Below are positions 26,917-36,161 of a stretch of 64,000 bases of DNA, piece by piece (the first letter of the stretch is position 1; each line of letters begins with the position of its first letter). The translations under genes were made by a program, and so were the position numbers. The notes under the pieces were generated by a model. That model saw only the letters and a program-made list of their open reading frames with translations. It did no database searches and was not told the DNA's origin. Source of the stretch: a virus; IMG/VR virus record IMGVR_UViG_3300044695_006482, positions 7,968 through 71,967 of that record. One strand, written 5' to 3'.

Positions 26917-27378
26917 GTGGTCCACCGCAACGCCTCCATCGTCGACGGCCTCCGCGAGGGCGAACGAATGGCCGCCGAACTTCTCGCCCGCGGCAAAACC
27001 TGCAGAGAAGTATCGCGCGCCTTAGGTATAGCAGAAAAGACCCTCTATAACTGGCGCAAACGCCCCGCCGTTCAACGTGCTATCTACGCCCTCCAGCAAG
27101 AGCTGATCGACATCTCCGAGTCCAAAGGACTCGCCCTGATGCCAGACGCCATCGCCACGCTGACCTCGATCATGCACGACGAGAACGCCCGCGCCAGCGA
27201 CCGCATCGCCGCCTCCCGCGCCTTGCTGAACGGCGCCGCCGCCTACCAGGAGCGCAAGCTGCTGGAGCGCACCGTGTCGGACCTGGAGTCGCAGATCTAC
27301 GGCCTGATGCAGATCCCCGAGGAGGACGGCCCCGAGCTCCTGCCCTCCGCCGACCCCGCCGACCCCGAGGACGCCTAA
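26917..27378 (+). CDS. terS: Terminase small subunit (HTH)
   Basis: N-terminal HTH (EVSRALGIAEKTLYNWRK), RIAASRALL; directly upstream of TerL. Confidence 0.75.
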   Translation: MVHRNASIVDGLREGERMAAELLARGKTCREVSRALGIAEKTLYNWRKRPAVQRAIYALQQELIDISESKGLALMPDAIATLTSIMHDENARASDRIAASRALLNGAAAYQERKLLERTVSDLESQIYGLMQIPEEDGPELLPSADPADPEDA

Positions 27379-27390
27379 GGCCCTGCGCCG

Positions 27391-28872
27391 ATGACCTCCT
27401 CCCTCTCGCAGCTCCAGCGGCGCGCCGACCGCCTCCGCCTCGAGCTGGCCCGCCGCGCTGCCCGCGCCGCGAATTTCGACCCGGCCGTACCGCCAACCAA
27501 GCTCCCCGGCGTCGATGACTGGCCGTCGTTCGCACGACGCACCTGGATCCGCACGGCCGGCACGGTGGCCCCTTTCGACCCGTACCCCTACCAGGAGGCC
27601 CTGGTCCGCTCAATCAACGCCCACCCCAACACGATCATCAACAAGTCGCGCCAGATGGGCGCCTCAGAGACGGTCTGCTCCTACCTGCTGTGCCGTGCCC
27701 TCACCGAGCGCGGATTCGCCGCCGTGGTCTTCTCCAAGACGCAGCAGGACGCCTCCGAGCTCGGCCGCCGAGTGCGCGCCATGGCCAACAGCATCGAGGG
27801 CGAATCGATCCGCTACCTGACCGACAGCAACACGCAGATCGCCATCGAGGGGCGCGGCACGCTGTACTTCCTGCCGGCGTCGCCCCGCGCGGCCCGCGGC
27901 ATCCCCAGCTGCTCCGTCCTGTTCATGGACGAAGGCGCGTTCCTTGACGGCGCTGCCGAGATCTACCGAGGCGCCATGCCGACCCTGTCGATGGTGGGCG
28001 ACGCCGCCAAGGTGATCGTCACGTCAACCCCCGACACCGAGCTTGACTGGTTCGGCCAGCTGTGGCACCAGGGCACGCCGGTCGACTGGTACGACTACGT
28101 GCGCCGCCACGAGATTGCCGCGCTGAACACAGCCCTGGCCGAAGTCCAGGACTCCTGGAACCGGGTCGCGATCCACTACAGCCAGCATCCGATCTACGGC
28201 GCCGACCCGCAGTGGGCGCAGCGGACCCGCGAGTCCCGCCGCATGACCCAGGCCGCATGGGACAGCGAATACGAGCTGGCCTTCGGTGCGACCGACACCC
28301 AGATCTACCCAACAGACCTGATCCGCCGCGCCACCCGCGGCCACTGGCGCGAGTGCGGCTCGATCGGCCGCACCTACGTGATCGGCATCGACCCGAACGC
28401 CGGGGGCAACGACTACTTCACCGCTCTGGTGCTGGACATCACCGCCACTCCCTACGAAGTGGTGGCCATGTACCACGAGAACGGCAAGAGCACTGATTAC
28501 AGCTTGCGCCATGTGAAGTCACTCATTGAGGATTACCTACCCGAGCGGGTAATCGTGGAGAAGCAGGCGATGGGAGCTGTGATCGCAGAGGCGCTCGCCA
28601 ACATCCTGCCCAACTATGCTATCGAGACGTTCAGCACAAGCCGCCCCAGCAAGGTAGTAGCAACCGACCGCATCCTTTACTACCTCGAGCGTGACGAGCT
28701 GATCTTCCCGAATGGCGCCATCCCCAACGAACTCCGCGCCTTCCAGCAGAAGGAATCCGGGTCCCGCGAAGCAGCCTCAGGCGCGCATGACGATACTGTG
28801 ATGGCGTTGGCCTTCGCCTGCAGCGCCGTCCCCGAGACCCCGAATACTGCGGGGTTCTTCGCACATATTTAA
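27391..28872 (+). CDS. terL: Terminase large subunit
   Basis: PYPYQ, KSRQMGAS (Walker A), LFMDEGAF (Walker B), TSTP, IGIDP, HDDTVMALA nuclease motif. Confidence 0.93.
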   Translation: MTSSLSQLQRRADRLRLELARRAARAANFDPAVPPTKLPGVDDWPSFARRTWIRTAGTVAPFDPYPYQEALVRSINAHPNTIINKSRQMGASETVCSYLLCRALTERGFAAVVFSKTQQDASELGRRVRAMANSIEGESIRYLTDSNTQIAIEGRGTLYFLPASPRAARGIPSCSVLFMDEGAFLDGAAEIYRGAMPTLSMVGDAAKVIVTSTPDTELDWFGQLWHQGTPVDWYDYVRRHEIAALNTALAEVQDSWNRVAIHYSQHPIYGADPQWAQRTRESRRMTQAAWDSEYELAFGATDTQIYPTDLIRRATRGHWRECGSIGRTYVIGIDPNAGGNDYFTALVLDITATPYEVVAMYHENGKSTDYSLRHVKSLIEDYLPERVIVEKQAMGAVIAEALANILPNYAIETFSTSRPSKVVATDRILYYLERDELIFPNGAIPNELRAFQQKESGSREAASGAHDDTVMALAFACSAVPETPNTAGFFAHI

Positions 28873-28904
28873 TTGTATAATCAACCCGACCAAGTCCAAC
28901 ACCA

Positions 28905-28977
28905 GGGGGTCTAGCTATCTGGTGAAAGCAGCCGACTCATAATCGGCCTCAGGCGAGTTCGATTCTCGCGACCCCCA
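28905..28977 (+). tRNA. tRNA with CAT anticodon (probably Ile2/lysidine type, otherwise Met); CCA not encoded
   Basis: Acceptor GGGGGTC/GACCCCC plus A73; anticodon arm GCCGA-CTCATAA-TCGGC; T arm GCGAG-TTCGATT-CTCGC; TATAAT upstream at 28876. Confidence 0.92.
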
Positions 28978-28982
28978 TGCAA

Positions 28983-29300
28983 CTACGCCGCTCGGGGAGA
29001 GTGGAGCCACAGCCAGATGTCCGCCTCCCGCTCCGGATCCCAGAACGCCTGAGCGCGAAACCAGCGAACCCAGTCGATCTCCGAGCCCTTGGCCCGGTTG
29101 CAATCCGCGCAGGCCGCGATCAGGTTCTGCGCGACCGTGTGCCCACCTTTGCACCGAGGGCGGACGTGATCGAGCGTGCCCGCCGGCCTACCGCAGTAGG
29201 CGCATAGGCACTTCCAGGAGTCGAGGATCCCCTGCCGGAACCGCAGCTTGGCGAGACGCTTCGAAAGGAGGACGGATCCATCGATGTGATGGTCCACCAT
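28983..29300 (-). CDS. HNH endonuclease
   Basis: CAYCG...TLDHVRPR.KGG....NL..AC..CN..KG. Confidence 0.9.
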   Translation of the reverse strand: MVDHHIDGSVLLSKRLAKLRFRQGILDSWKCLCAYCGRPAGTLDHVRPRCKGGHTVAQNLIAACADCNRAKGSEIDWVRWFRAQAFWDPEREADIWLWLHSPRAA

Positions 29301-29352
29301 GCGCCGAATGCCGCTTACCCAGCGTATGGACCCCCCGAGCACGCGTAGAACC

Positions 29353-29427
29353 GACTCTAAGTTTTTGTATGTAGAGGCTAAGTTCTTGCGCCCAGACTCT
29401 AAGTTTTTATGCCTTAAAGCTGAGTTT
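29353..29427. repeat. Four CTRAGTT motifs at an exact 21-bp period
   Basis: CTAAGTT at 29357, 29378 and 29399; CTGAGTT at 29420. Confidence 0.8.
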
Positions 29428-29513
29428 CTCTCGATTTTTCCCGACTTCTGCGACTGACAAGAATTCAGCCTCAACTCGTAGACTGTGCGTATTGCCCCCC
29501 GCCCACCCCTGCC

Positions 29514-31355
29514 GTGGAGCCGCTTGAGTCCGATAAATTCCGGAACGATATAAGTACTAACAGGAATGACGGCGCACTTGTCAACGTCCTCACCGGCATG
29601 GGTGTGAGTGGCAAAGACAAGACAACAGCAACCTCCGTCGGCTCCAGCTACCTCCTAACGCAAGGCGAACTCGAAGCCCTCTACAGCCACGGTGTCCCAC
29701 GTCGTTACGTCGACGCTATCGCCGATGAGATCCTTCGCCACCGAGCCACAATCACGATCGGCGGCGACGACCCCAACGCCCAGGACGTCATCACCGGCTT
29801 CGAGGAGTACCTGAAGGTCACGCAGTTCCACGCGTCCTTGTCTGAGGTGATCAAGCTGCAGCGCCTCTACGGTGGCGCCGGCCTCGTGCTGCTCATCGAC
29901 GACGGCCTCCCCGAGGACGAACCCGTCGATGCCACCCGCATCCGCTCGGTCCGCGGCTACGTCCCCCTGTCCCGCCACGAGCTGATCCCCGAGGACTTCA
30001 CGATCACCGACTGGTCCAAGCCCAGTCACTACCGGATCACAACAAGTCAGCGCATCACCCCGGAGCAGGACGGCCCATACGTCAACGTCCGCATCCACAG
30101 CTCACGCGTCGCCCGGTTCGACGGCCTGTACCTGCCCTGGCGTGTCCGAGCGCGGAACACCGGCTGGGGCCACAGCGTTCTGCAGCTGATCTGGGAGTCG
30201 TTCAAGCGCTACGAGTCGGCCATGTCGGGCCTGGAGTCGATGACCTCCGACGCCGACCTGTTCGTCCACAAGATCCCTGGCCTGTTCCAGCGGATCGCCT
30301 CCGGCAACGAGAGCGACCTGCGCAAGCGCCTGGAGGCCAACAACCTCAGCCGCTCGGTGTACGGCGGCATGGTGGTCGACGTCGAGGAGGACCTGCAGTT
30401 CCTCAATCGCGCCCTGGCCAACATCGCGACCGCAACCGATCCGTTCGTCAAGGATCTGCAGGCCGCCACCGGCTGGCCCGCCTCCATCCTGATGGGCGAC
30501 TCCCCCGGCGGACTCGGCAAGGAGGGTCGCTTCGAGGAGCGCGTCTGGGCCTCGCTGGTCGAGCAGTGGCAGGAGGTGTACTGCCGCACCCCGGTCACCG
30601 AGGTGTTCTCCTACATCCTCGCCGCCCGCGAGGGCCCGCTTCGCGGCAGGCCGCCGGCGTCCTGGGCGACCCACTTCCCCTCGGTGTTCACCCAAACCGA
30701 CGAGGAGAAAGCCGCCCTGCGCCTGCAAATGGCCCAGGTCGACGCCCAGTACGTGAACCTCGGCGTCCTCAACGCAATTGAAGTACGTGAATCCCGTTTT
30801 GCCGGAACGGAGTACAGCATCGAGACCACGCTGAACGAAGTCGTTTCGGAGCAGCTCGTCACGCAAGCCGACGCGTCGTTCCAGAGCCAGATGATGGGCT
30901 ACGAAGCGCAGGCCCAGGCGCTGCAGAACCCGCCGGCGCAGGAAGCGCCACCACCCGAGGCCGGAGCTCCCCCCGAGGCCGACCCGGCCGCGAAGCGTCG
31001 CGACGTCTTCGACAACTACGAGGCGCACGGCCTGCGGATCCGCGTCACGCACACGGCCGGTGAGATCCGCGCCGGCCACCTTGTTGGACCCGACGGTCAG
31101 CGCACCGACTCCAGCGCCAACGCACCGCTGATGGTCTTCGGCCCCAACCGCTCGCGCAGCTACAAGCTGTACCGCGCTCGGTTTGATGCGGCGGACGGCG
31201 CCCTGCTCGAGGGCCCCTATGTGACGGGCTTCGCCTCACTGCGCACAGCCAAGCAAGGCGTGGCCGCTCTATTCCCTCGGCAGAATGTGGCAGGGCTGTC
31301 CCCCGTCCCCGAGGGCGAACTTGAAGCCCTCCGCGCCGGATGGGAGGTGTACTGA
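29514..31355 (+). CDS. Portal protein (DUF1073 type) with C-terminal extension domain
   Basis: RLYGGA, IHSSRVARFDG, GWGHSVL, PASILMG.SPGGL; follows the terminase genes. Confidence 0.88.
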   Translation: MEPLESDKFRNDISTNRNDGALVNVLTGMGVSGKDKTTATSVGSSYLLTQGELEALYSHGVPRRYVDAIADEILRHRATITIGGDDPNAQDVITGFEEYLKVTQFHASLSEVIKLQRLYGGAGLVLLIDDGLPEDEPVDATRIRSVRGYVPLSRHELIPEDFTITDWSKPSHYRITTSQRITPEQDGPYVNVRIHSSRVARFDGLYLPWRVRARNTGWGHSVLQLIWESFKRYESAMSGLESMTSDADLFVHKIPGLFQRIASGNESDLRKRLEANNLSRSVYGGMVVDVEEDLQFLNRALANIATATDPFVKDLQAATGWPASILMGDSPGGLGKEGRFEERVWASLVEQWQEVYCRTPVTEVFSYILAAREGPLRGRPPASWATHFPSVFTQTDEEKAALRLQMAQVDAQYVNLGVLNAIEVRESRFAGTEYSIETTLNEVVSEQLVTQADASFQSQMMGYEAQAQALQNPPAQEAPPPEAGAPPEADPAAKRRDVFDNYEAHGLRIRVTHTAGEIRAGHLVGPDGQRTDSSANAPLMVFGPNRSRSYKLYRARFDAADGALLEGPYVTGFASLRTAKQGVAALFPRQNVAGLSPVPEGELEALRAGWEVY

Positions 31356-34183
31356 TGGACAACCAGCACCCCCTGACGCCCGAAGGCTTCCGCACCGCGG
31401 CGTACCTGGCCGCCCGAGAGCGGTTGGACGCACGCAAGACCACGCGCAACGTGCAGTGCAACCCACCCAACGTGCGCTGCGGCAATCGCTGCATTCCGCC
31501 GACGTGGGACTGCCGACTCAAAGGTCAAGGCGCTGATCCACATCTGCGTGCGGTCAAAACCGATCCGCTCGGTGGACTTGCCAACATCCAACGCGGCTTT
31601 GGTCGCATCAGCAAAGGCATTGTAAAAGGCAACTTCTCAGAAGTTGAAGGTGGTAAGCGCGCGATCATCCGAGGCTCGGTCAAGATCGCCCCAGGCAATA
31701 TCCAGCAGAAGAAAGAACTGCAGAAAAAACTGGAAGATCGCACGCGCGCAATCGGCATCGGCCTCGCCGTAGTAACTGGCGGCTTAGGCATCCACGCGTT
31801 GCTGATGAAGAGCGATACCTTTGGTTACCGCAATGGTGTCGGCGCCAACATCAACAATGCCACGCGGCTTGGTGTTAGCCGTGTACTGGACGCCATCCCA
31901 GGCATCGGCTCCAAGCGAGCGCGGGTACGCGCAGCTGTTTCGACTGGCGTTCAAGAGCAGCTCACCCGCCAGGCCAACCCCGCCTCAGCAGTTCTGACCG
32001 GCCAGCTTGCGCGGACTCAGGTCACCGGCGCTGATGCAGACGCCCGAACCAACCTCGTGCAGGCGCTGCAGACCGTCAACGGCAAGCATGGCGGCGCAAA
32101 CTCCGACTTCGACGCCTGGAACCGGGAACATCAGAGCGCCTTCTGGGGTGTGACGCGTGTCGAGAACGGTGTAGGGCTTACTGGTGACAAACGTGCAAGC
32201 GTCTTTGCTCGCCCTGCTACTGATGAGTTCCTGGCGCGGCAGTTCGGCCTCCAGGGGGACGATGTACTCACAAGTGGTGCGATTAAAGACGCAGTAGAGC
32301 GCCGCCTCGGTGAGTACAAGTCCGATCTCCTCGATCTAGCGCAACAGCAGGGCTACCGAGTGACGAGTGTACGAGGTGGTGCTCGCACGCTTGCCCCCGC
32401 TGATCAACGTACCTTCATCCAGGGAGTAGTACGAGGCACACTGCCTACAGGTCAGAGCAATAATCGTGTGCGCACACAGCTCACACAAAGCCTAGAAGAG
32501 ATACTAACAAATAGCCCCAAGACCCGAGCCAGAGCTGTCTACAACGAAACATTTGGTACTTTCAATGATTTCTACACGTCAAGAGCATCCGCTATCGAGA
32601 ATGCCTCTTCCTCCTCATTTTTCTCGCGTGAAATGCGGCGCGCGGGGGTGGAACAGACAGTGATCGACGGGCGTCAGGCGCGCGCGCAGTATGTCCTCGG
32701 GCTGGTGCGCCCCGGCAGCCAGGTCCAGGGCCCATCTCACGCCGAACTCGCGTTGCGCGAGTACCACGCTCGTGAAGTGGCGCGCACGCCCCGCAGCATG
32801 TACACCATCAGTGATCGCCTGGCGATCTCCGCCGCCTCCGAGATCGAGGGGCGCACTGTCGGCCGAAGCGAGGCATTTCAGATCCTGGAGCGTGAGGGCT
32901 TCACCGGCGCGGTCCCCCGCACCCAGCCGGCGCGCCAGCGCCAACGCCCCTCCACCGAGGGCGAGGCCGCCTACCAACTGATGCGACAGAACCCCGGCAT
33001 GACGTTGGAGGCAGCCAGGCGCGAAGTGAAGCGCAACCGCGGTGATGCCGAGCTCGTCCGCACGGCCACGTACCTGGCCGCCCGCGCCGATTTCAAGGAG
33101 AACCCCCGCCTGGGAAAGCCTTGCGGCGCCTCGCACATCCCGAAGGCGCATGAGTGCCGGAAAGGCGAAGGCGCTGATGCCCCCTCGCCTGCAACTCAGG
33201 CTACGGATCGCCGGAAAAAGGCTGCGGTCATTGCCGCGGTAGCCGGCGGTGCACTGGCCATAGCCGTCGCGGGCAGTGTCGCCTACAACCTCAAGAACAT
33301 CAGCGACCCGACCAAAGCCCCCTTAGCAGCCAGCCCGTCCATCAAAGATCTGACTCGTCAAATGAAGAAGGAGTCGGGGTTCAAATCCACAAGTGAGGCC
33401 ATGGGGTATTATTATACTCAAAAGTCTGGTCTCAAGCCCGGAGACGTTGTCTACTTCAGGCATGAAAAAGACCCAGCCGCCCACTTTGGAATCTACCTAG
33501 GCGAAGGCAAAGACGGCGTAGTTCGCGCCGTAATTGCCAACACCAAAGAGTCTCGCTTCAGCTGGACAGACATTGCCGAGATCGGCACGACGAAACCCGG
33601 TGTCAAGACATCTCAGGCCGCGATGACGCCCCTGCAGAAGGCCCCGAAGCCCGGCTTCGCCGACACACGCGGCGTGTCTTTCACAAACGAAGAAGTTGTT
33701 AAGCGTGCCATCCGTATTGCGGGAACCGACTACAAGTTCACTCTGACTAAGGACAACTGCGAAGCTCTGGCAAACGGTATTGCTTACGGCGTCCCTGAAT
33801 CCGAGCAGCTACAGCGGTTTCGCCGTGCCACCCGCGCCGTTGTCGACATCGCAGTGACGCGCGACCAACGGCGTGAAGCTCGTGAAGCCATCTACAGAGG
33901 TAAGGCCCAAGGCCGGAGCTACAGCGCAGCCCAGTTCGTCACCTTCTTGGAGGGCAAGCGTGAGTTCAGCTCCCCCATCGGGCGTGATCTGTCTGCGCAG
34001 TATGCCCAGTACTTCGAGCGAAGCCGCACCGATGCCGAGGACGCACCCACCCTCGGCCTAATCCCGGTCTCCGAATTATGGAGTCGCATCGAGTCCTACG
34101 GCCCCGTCATCCGCGCCCAAGCTATGGGCGACTACCTGTTCCTTCAGCGCACCCTGGTTGAAATCAATCGTGGAACTCCTTGA
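31355..34183 (+). CDS. Large modular head-associated protein: two RxD/CGx3Ix5C/TM modules and an LRAT-like domain
   Basis: TGATG-coupled to portal; Cys motifs at 31478 and 33122; PGDVVYF..HFGIYLG...NCE. Confidence 0.8.
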   Translation: MDNQHPLTPEGFRTAAYLAARERLDARKTTRNVQCNPPNVRCGNRCIPPTWDCRLKGQGADPHLRAVKTDPLGGLANIQRGFGRISKGIVKGNFSEVEGGKRAIIRGSVKIAPGNIQQKKELQKKLEDRTRAIGIGLAVVTGGLGIHALLMKSDTFGYRNGVGANINNATRLGVSRVLDAIPGIGSKRARVRAAVSTGVQEQLTRQANPASAVLTGQLARTQVTGADADARTNLVQALQTVNGKHGGANSDFDAWNREHQSAFWGVTRVENGVGLTGDKRASVFARPATDEFLARQFGLQGDDVLTSGAIKDAVERRLGEYKSDLLDLAQQQGYRVTSVRGGARTLAPADQRTFIQGVVRGTLPTGQSNNRVRTQLTQSLEEILTNSPKTRARAVYNETFGTFNDFYTSRASAIENASSSSFFSREMRRAGVEQTVIDGRQARAQYVLGLVRPGSQVQGPSHAELALREYHAREVARTPRSMYTISDRLAISAASEIEGRTVGRSEAFQILEREGFTGAVPRTQPARQRQRPSTEGEAAYQLMRQNPGMTLEAARREVKRNRGDAELVRTATYLAARADFKENPRLGKPCGASHIPKAHECRKGEGADAPSPATQATDRRKKAAVIAAVAGGALAIAVAGSVAYNLKNISDPTKAPLAASPSIKDLTRQMKKESGFKSTSEAMGYYYTQKSGLKPGDVVYFRHEKDPAAHFGIYLGEGKDGVVRAVIANTKESRFSWTDIAEIGTTKPGVKTSQAAMTPLQKAPKPGFADTRGVSFTNEEVVKRAIRIAGTDYKFTLTKDNCEALANGIAYGVPESEQLQRFRRATRAVVDIAVTRDQRREAREAIYRGKAQGRSYSAAQFVTFLEGKREFSSPIGRDLSAQYAQYFERSRTDAEDAPTLGLIPVSELWSRIESYGPVIRAQAMGDYLFLQRTLVEINRGTP

Positions 34184-35042
34184 GCGCTACAACCGCCTCC
34201 TCCACACCTCCGAGAGCGGCACCATCACCATGCTCAACCGCGTCCTCGACGCGAGTTTCAACCGCCTGGTCCGCCGCGCTCGGGTGCACATGCAGGCGGG
34301 CTACAACGACCCCGCCCAACGCAACCTGGCCCTGTTGCAGGAGTTCCGGATGCTGGTGCCGTCGTTCAACCCCAACGCCGTGGACGGCTACGACCGCATC
34401 CTGCGCAACCTCGTGGGCACCGCCGGGCGCTTCGGTATCACCGTCGCCGATGAGCTCACCGGTCAGGTGAAGACCGGCCCGCGGGTCGACGTCTCCATTC
34501 CGCTGGAAGCGACGATCGCCGCCGCCGGCCAGGCCAAGGGCTACCTGCGCCGCCACGGCGAGAAGTTCGCCGAGACCGCGGCCGAGACCGTCGCCCAAGG
34601 CATCGCCGAAGGCCGCCCCACCGACGCCATGGTGCAGGACATGCGCTCTCGGCTCGGTGTGGTGAAGTCCCGCGCTGAAGCGATTGTCCGCACCGAGTCA
34701 CTGCGCGCCTACAACGACGCCTCGAACACGTACTACGCCGCGCAGGGCATCGAGCTGGTGATGTACTACGCCACTGCTGACGACAGGCTTTGCCCGTTCT
34801 GCGCCCCGAGAGCGGCCCAGATCTACCGCCGCGCCGAGATCAAGGTGCCGCTGCACCCGCGTTGCCGGTGCTACCTCGCCCCGTGGGACGCCGACGTGGC
34901 CTCGATGGACCCGGACTACGCAGCTATGCGGAAAACGCATAAGTCCGACGTCGCCAAAGCATTCGCCAGCGCCGGCACCGAGCCTGTTTCTCTCAACAAG
35001 GCCGCGGTGTTCGAGCAACTCGCCCCAACGCCGCTGTCCTAG
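34170..35042 (+). CDS. MuF / SPP1 gp7-like head morphogenesis protein
   Basis: RAEAIVRTE..RAYN, DDRLCPFC, PLHPRCRC. Confidence 0.9.
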   Translation: MELLERYNRLLHTSESGTITMLNRVLDASFNRLVRRARVHMQAGYNDPAQRNLALLQEFRMLVPSFNPNAVDGYDRILRNLVGTAGRFGITVADELTGQVKTGPRVDVSIPLEATIAAAGQAKGYLRRHGEKFAETAAETVAQGIAEGRPTDAMVQDMRSRLGVVKSRAEAIVRTESLRAYNDASNTYYAAQGIELVMYYATADDRLCPFCAPRAAQIYRRAEIKVPLHPRCRCYLAPWDADVASMDPDYAAMRKTHKSDVAKAFASAGTEPVSLNKAAVFEQLAPTPLS

Positions 35043-35099
35043 GCCGGAACTGGTTCTTACACTGGCCTATCACATCCTGGGCGGCGTCGCCCTACTGCT

Positions 35100-36158
35100 A
35101 TGCCCGCCGCCACCAAGAAGCGCCCACCGATGGAGATGGAGCCCGGCGAGGGCAAAGCCCACGAGAGCGCCGAATCCGCTGCTGAAGAGACCCGCGAAGG
35201 CGCCGAGCCCGACGACGCCCCGAAGGCCAAGACCAACCGCAAGCGCAGCGCGAAGAATGCCAAGGCCACCAAGGCTCCGATGGACAGCGACTGCAGCTGT
35301 GGTGCGGCGAAAGGCAAAAAGTGCTCCTGCGACGGCGGATGCGGTAGCGGCTACGCCAAGAAGATGGACCGCAACGACGCCCTGACCCCTCAGGAGTACC
35401 TCGCCGCCTGCGACCTCGGCATCCAAGGCCGCAGCCGTGCCTACATCCGTTCCCGCCTCGACACCGCCATGAATCTCACTCCTTCCACCGTCCGCAACGA
35501 TCTCAAGTGCGGCAATGGTTCCATCTCCGAGGGCGAAAAGTGCACAAAGGGAGCCGCTCAGAAGGTCGATCCGAAAGCAGAAGCAAAGAAGGAGTTCAGA
35601 AATTTGATGAACAATCCTACTGCAGCTTTTGAATTCAGCAGAGCCCGAGGTTCTACCAAAGGAGTTGGTAACAAGATCAAGGTCGCCGGTGAACTCGCCG
35701 CCCGTGTCGGCGGCGGGTTCGCCCTCGGTGCCGGCTTGGTGCAGATTTCTGAAGGCGCTATGCGTGGCAACCTCGGGGAAGTCAGTCGCGGCTACCGCAA
35801 CATGCAGCTCGGCGCCGCCGCGACTCATGTGGCAGCTGCGAGTAAGGCCGGTCGTATGGGCAAAAAAGAACTCTCGAAGGAGTTCCTGAAGAGTGCGGGC
35901 CGTCAGGCAGCCATCGGCGTAGGCCAGGAAGCTGCCATTGGCGCATACGCCGGCTTCAAGCGCGCCGGGGGAGCAGCGGGTATTGGCCGCAACGCACGCC
36001 GTGCCTACCAGGGCACACGCATGCGCACCTCCGGCATGGGCTCCACCCCACGCGGCACGGGCTGGGCCTCGAGCGCCTACGACCGTCCACTGCCTGGGCG
36101 CCGCGACTCCGTCTACGCCAACGGCTTCTCCCCCGAGCTCGACCAACTCGCGATCTGA
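35100..36158 (+). CDS. Modular head-associated protein (RxD/CGx3Ix5C family)
   Basis: LTPSTVRNDLKCGNGSISEGEKC; C-terminal RRDSVYANGF. Confidence 0.8.
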   Translation: MPAATKKRPPMEMEPGEGKAHESAESAAEETREGAEPDDAPKAKTNRKRSAKNAKATKAPMDSDCSCGAAKGKKCSCDGGCGSGYAKKMDRNDALTPQEYLAACDLGIQGRSRAYIRSRLDTAMNLTPSTVRNDLKCGNGSISEGEKCTKGAAQKVDPKAEAKKEFRNLMNNPTAAFEFSRARGSTKGVGNKIKVAGELAARVGGGFALGAGLVQISEGAMRGNLGEVSRGYRNMQLGAAATHVAAASKAGRMGKKELSKEFLKSAGRQAAIGVGQEAAIGAYAGFKRAGGAAGIGRNARRAYQGTRMRTSGMGSTPRGTGWASSAYDRPLPGRRDSVYANGFSPELDQLAI

Positions 36159-36161
36159 GCC

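Noticed and set aside
29353-29427. Possible mini CRISPR array
   Set aside because: The 21-bp period is far too short for repeat plus spacer, and there are no cas genes.
29301-29474. Longer N-terminus for the HNH gene with KNLES repeats
   Set aside because: The peptide repeat is just the translation of the 21-bp DNA repeats; the ATG at 29300 gives a typical 105-aa HNH.
29514-31355. Anti-CBASS Acb1 label sometimes attached to DUF1073 portals
   Set aside because: No pair of HxT 2H-phosphoesterase motifs is evident; position and motifs indicate a portal.
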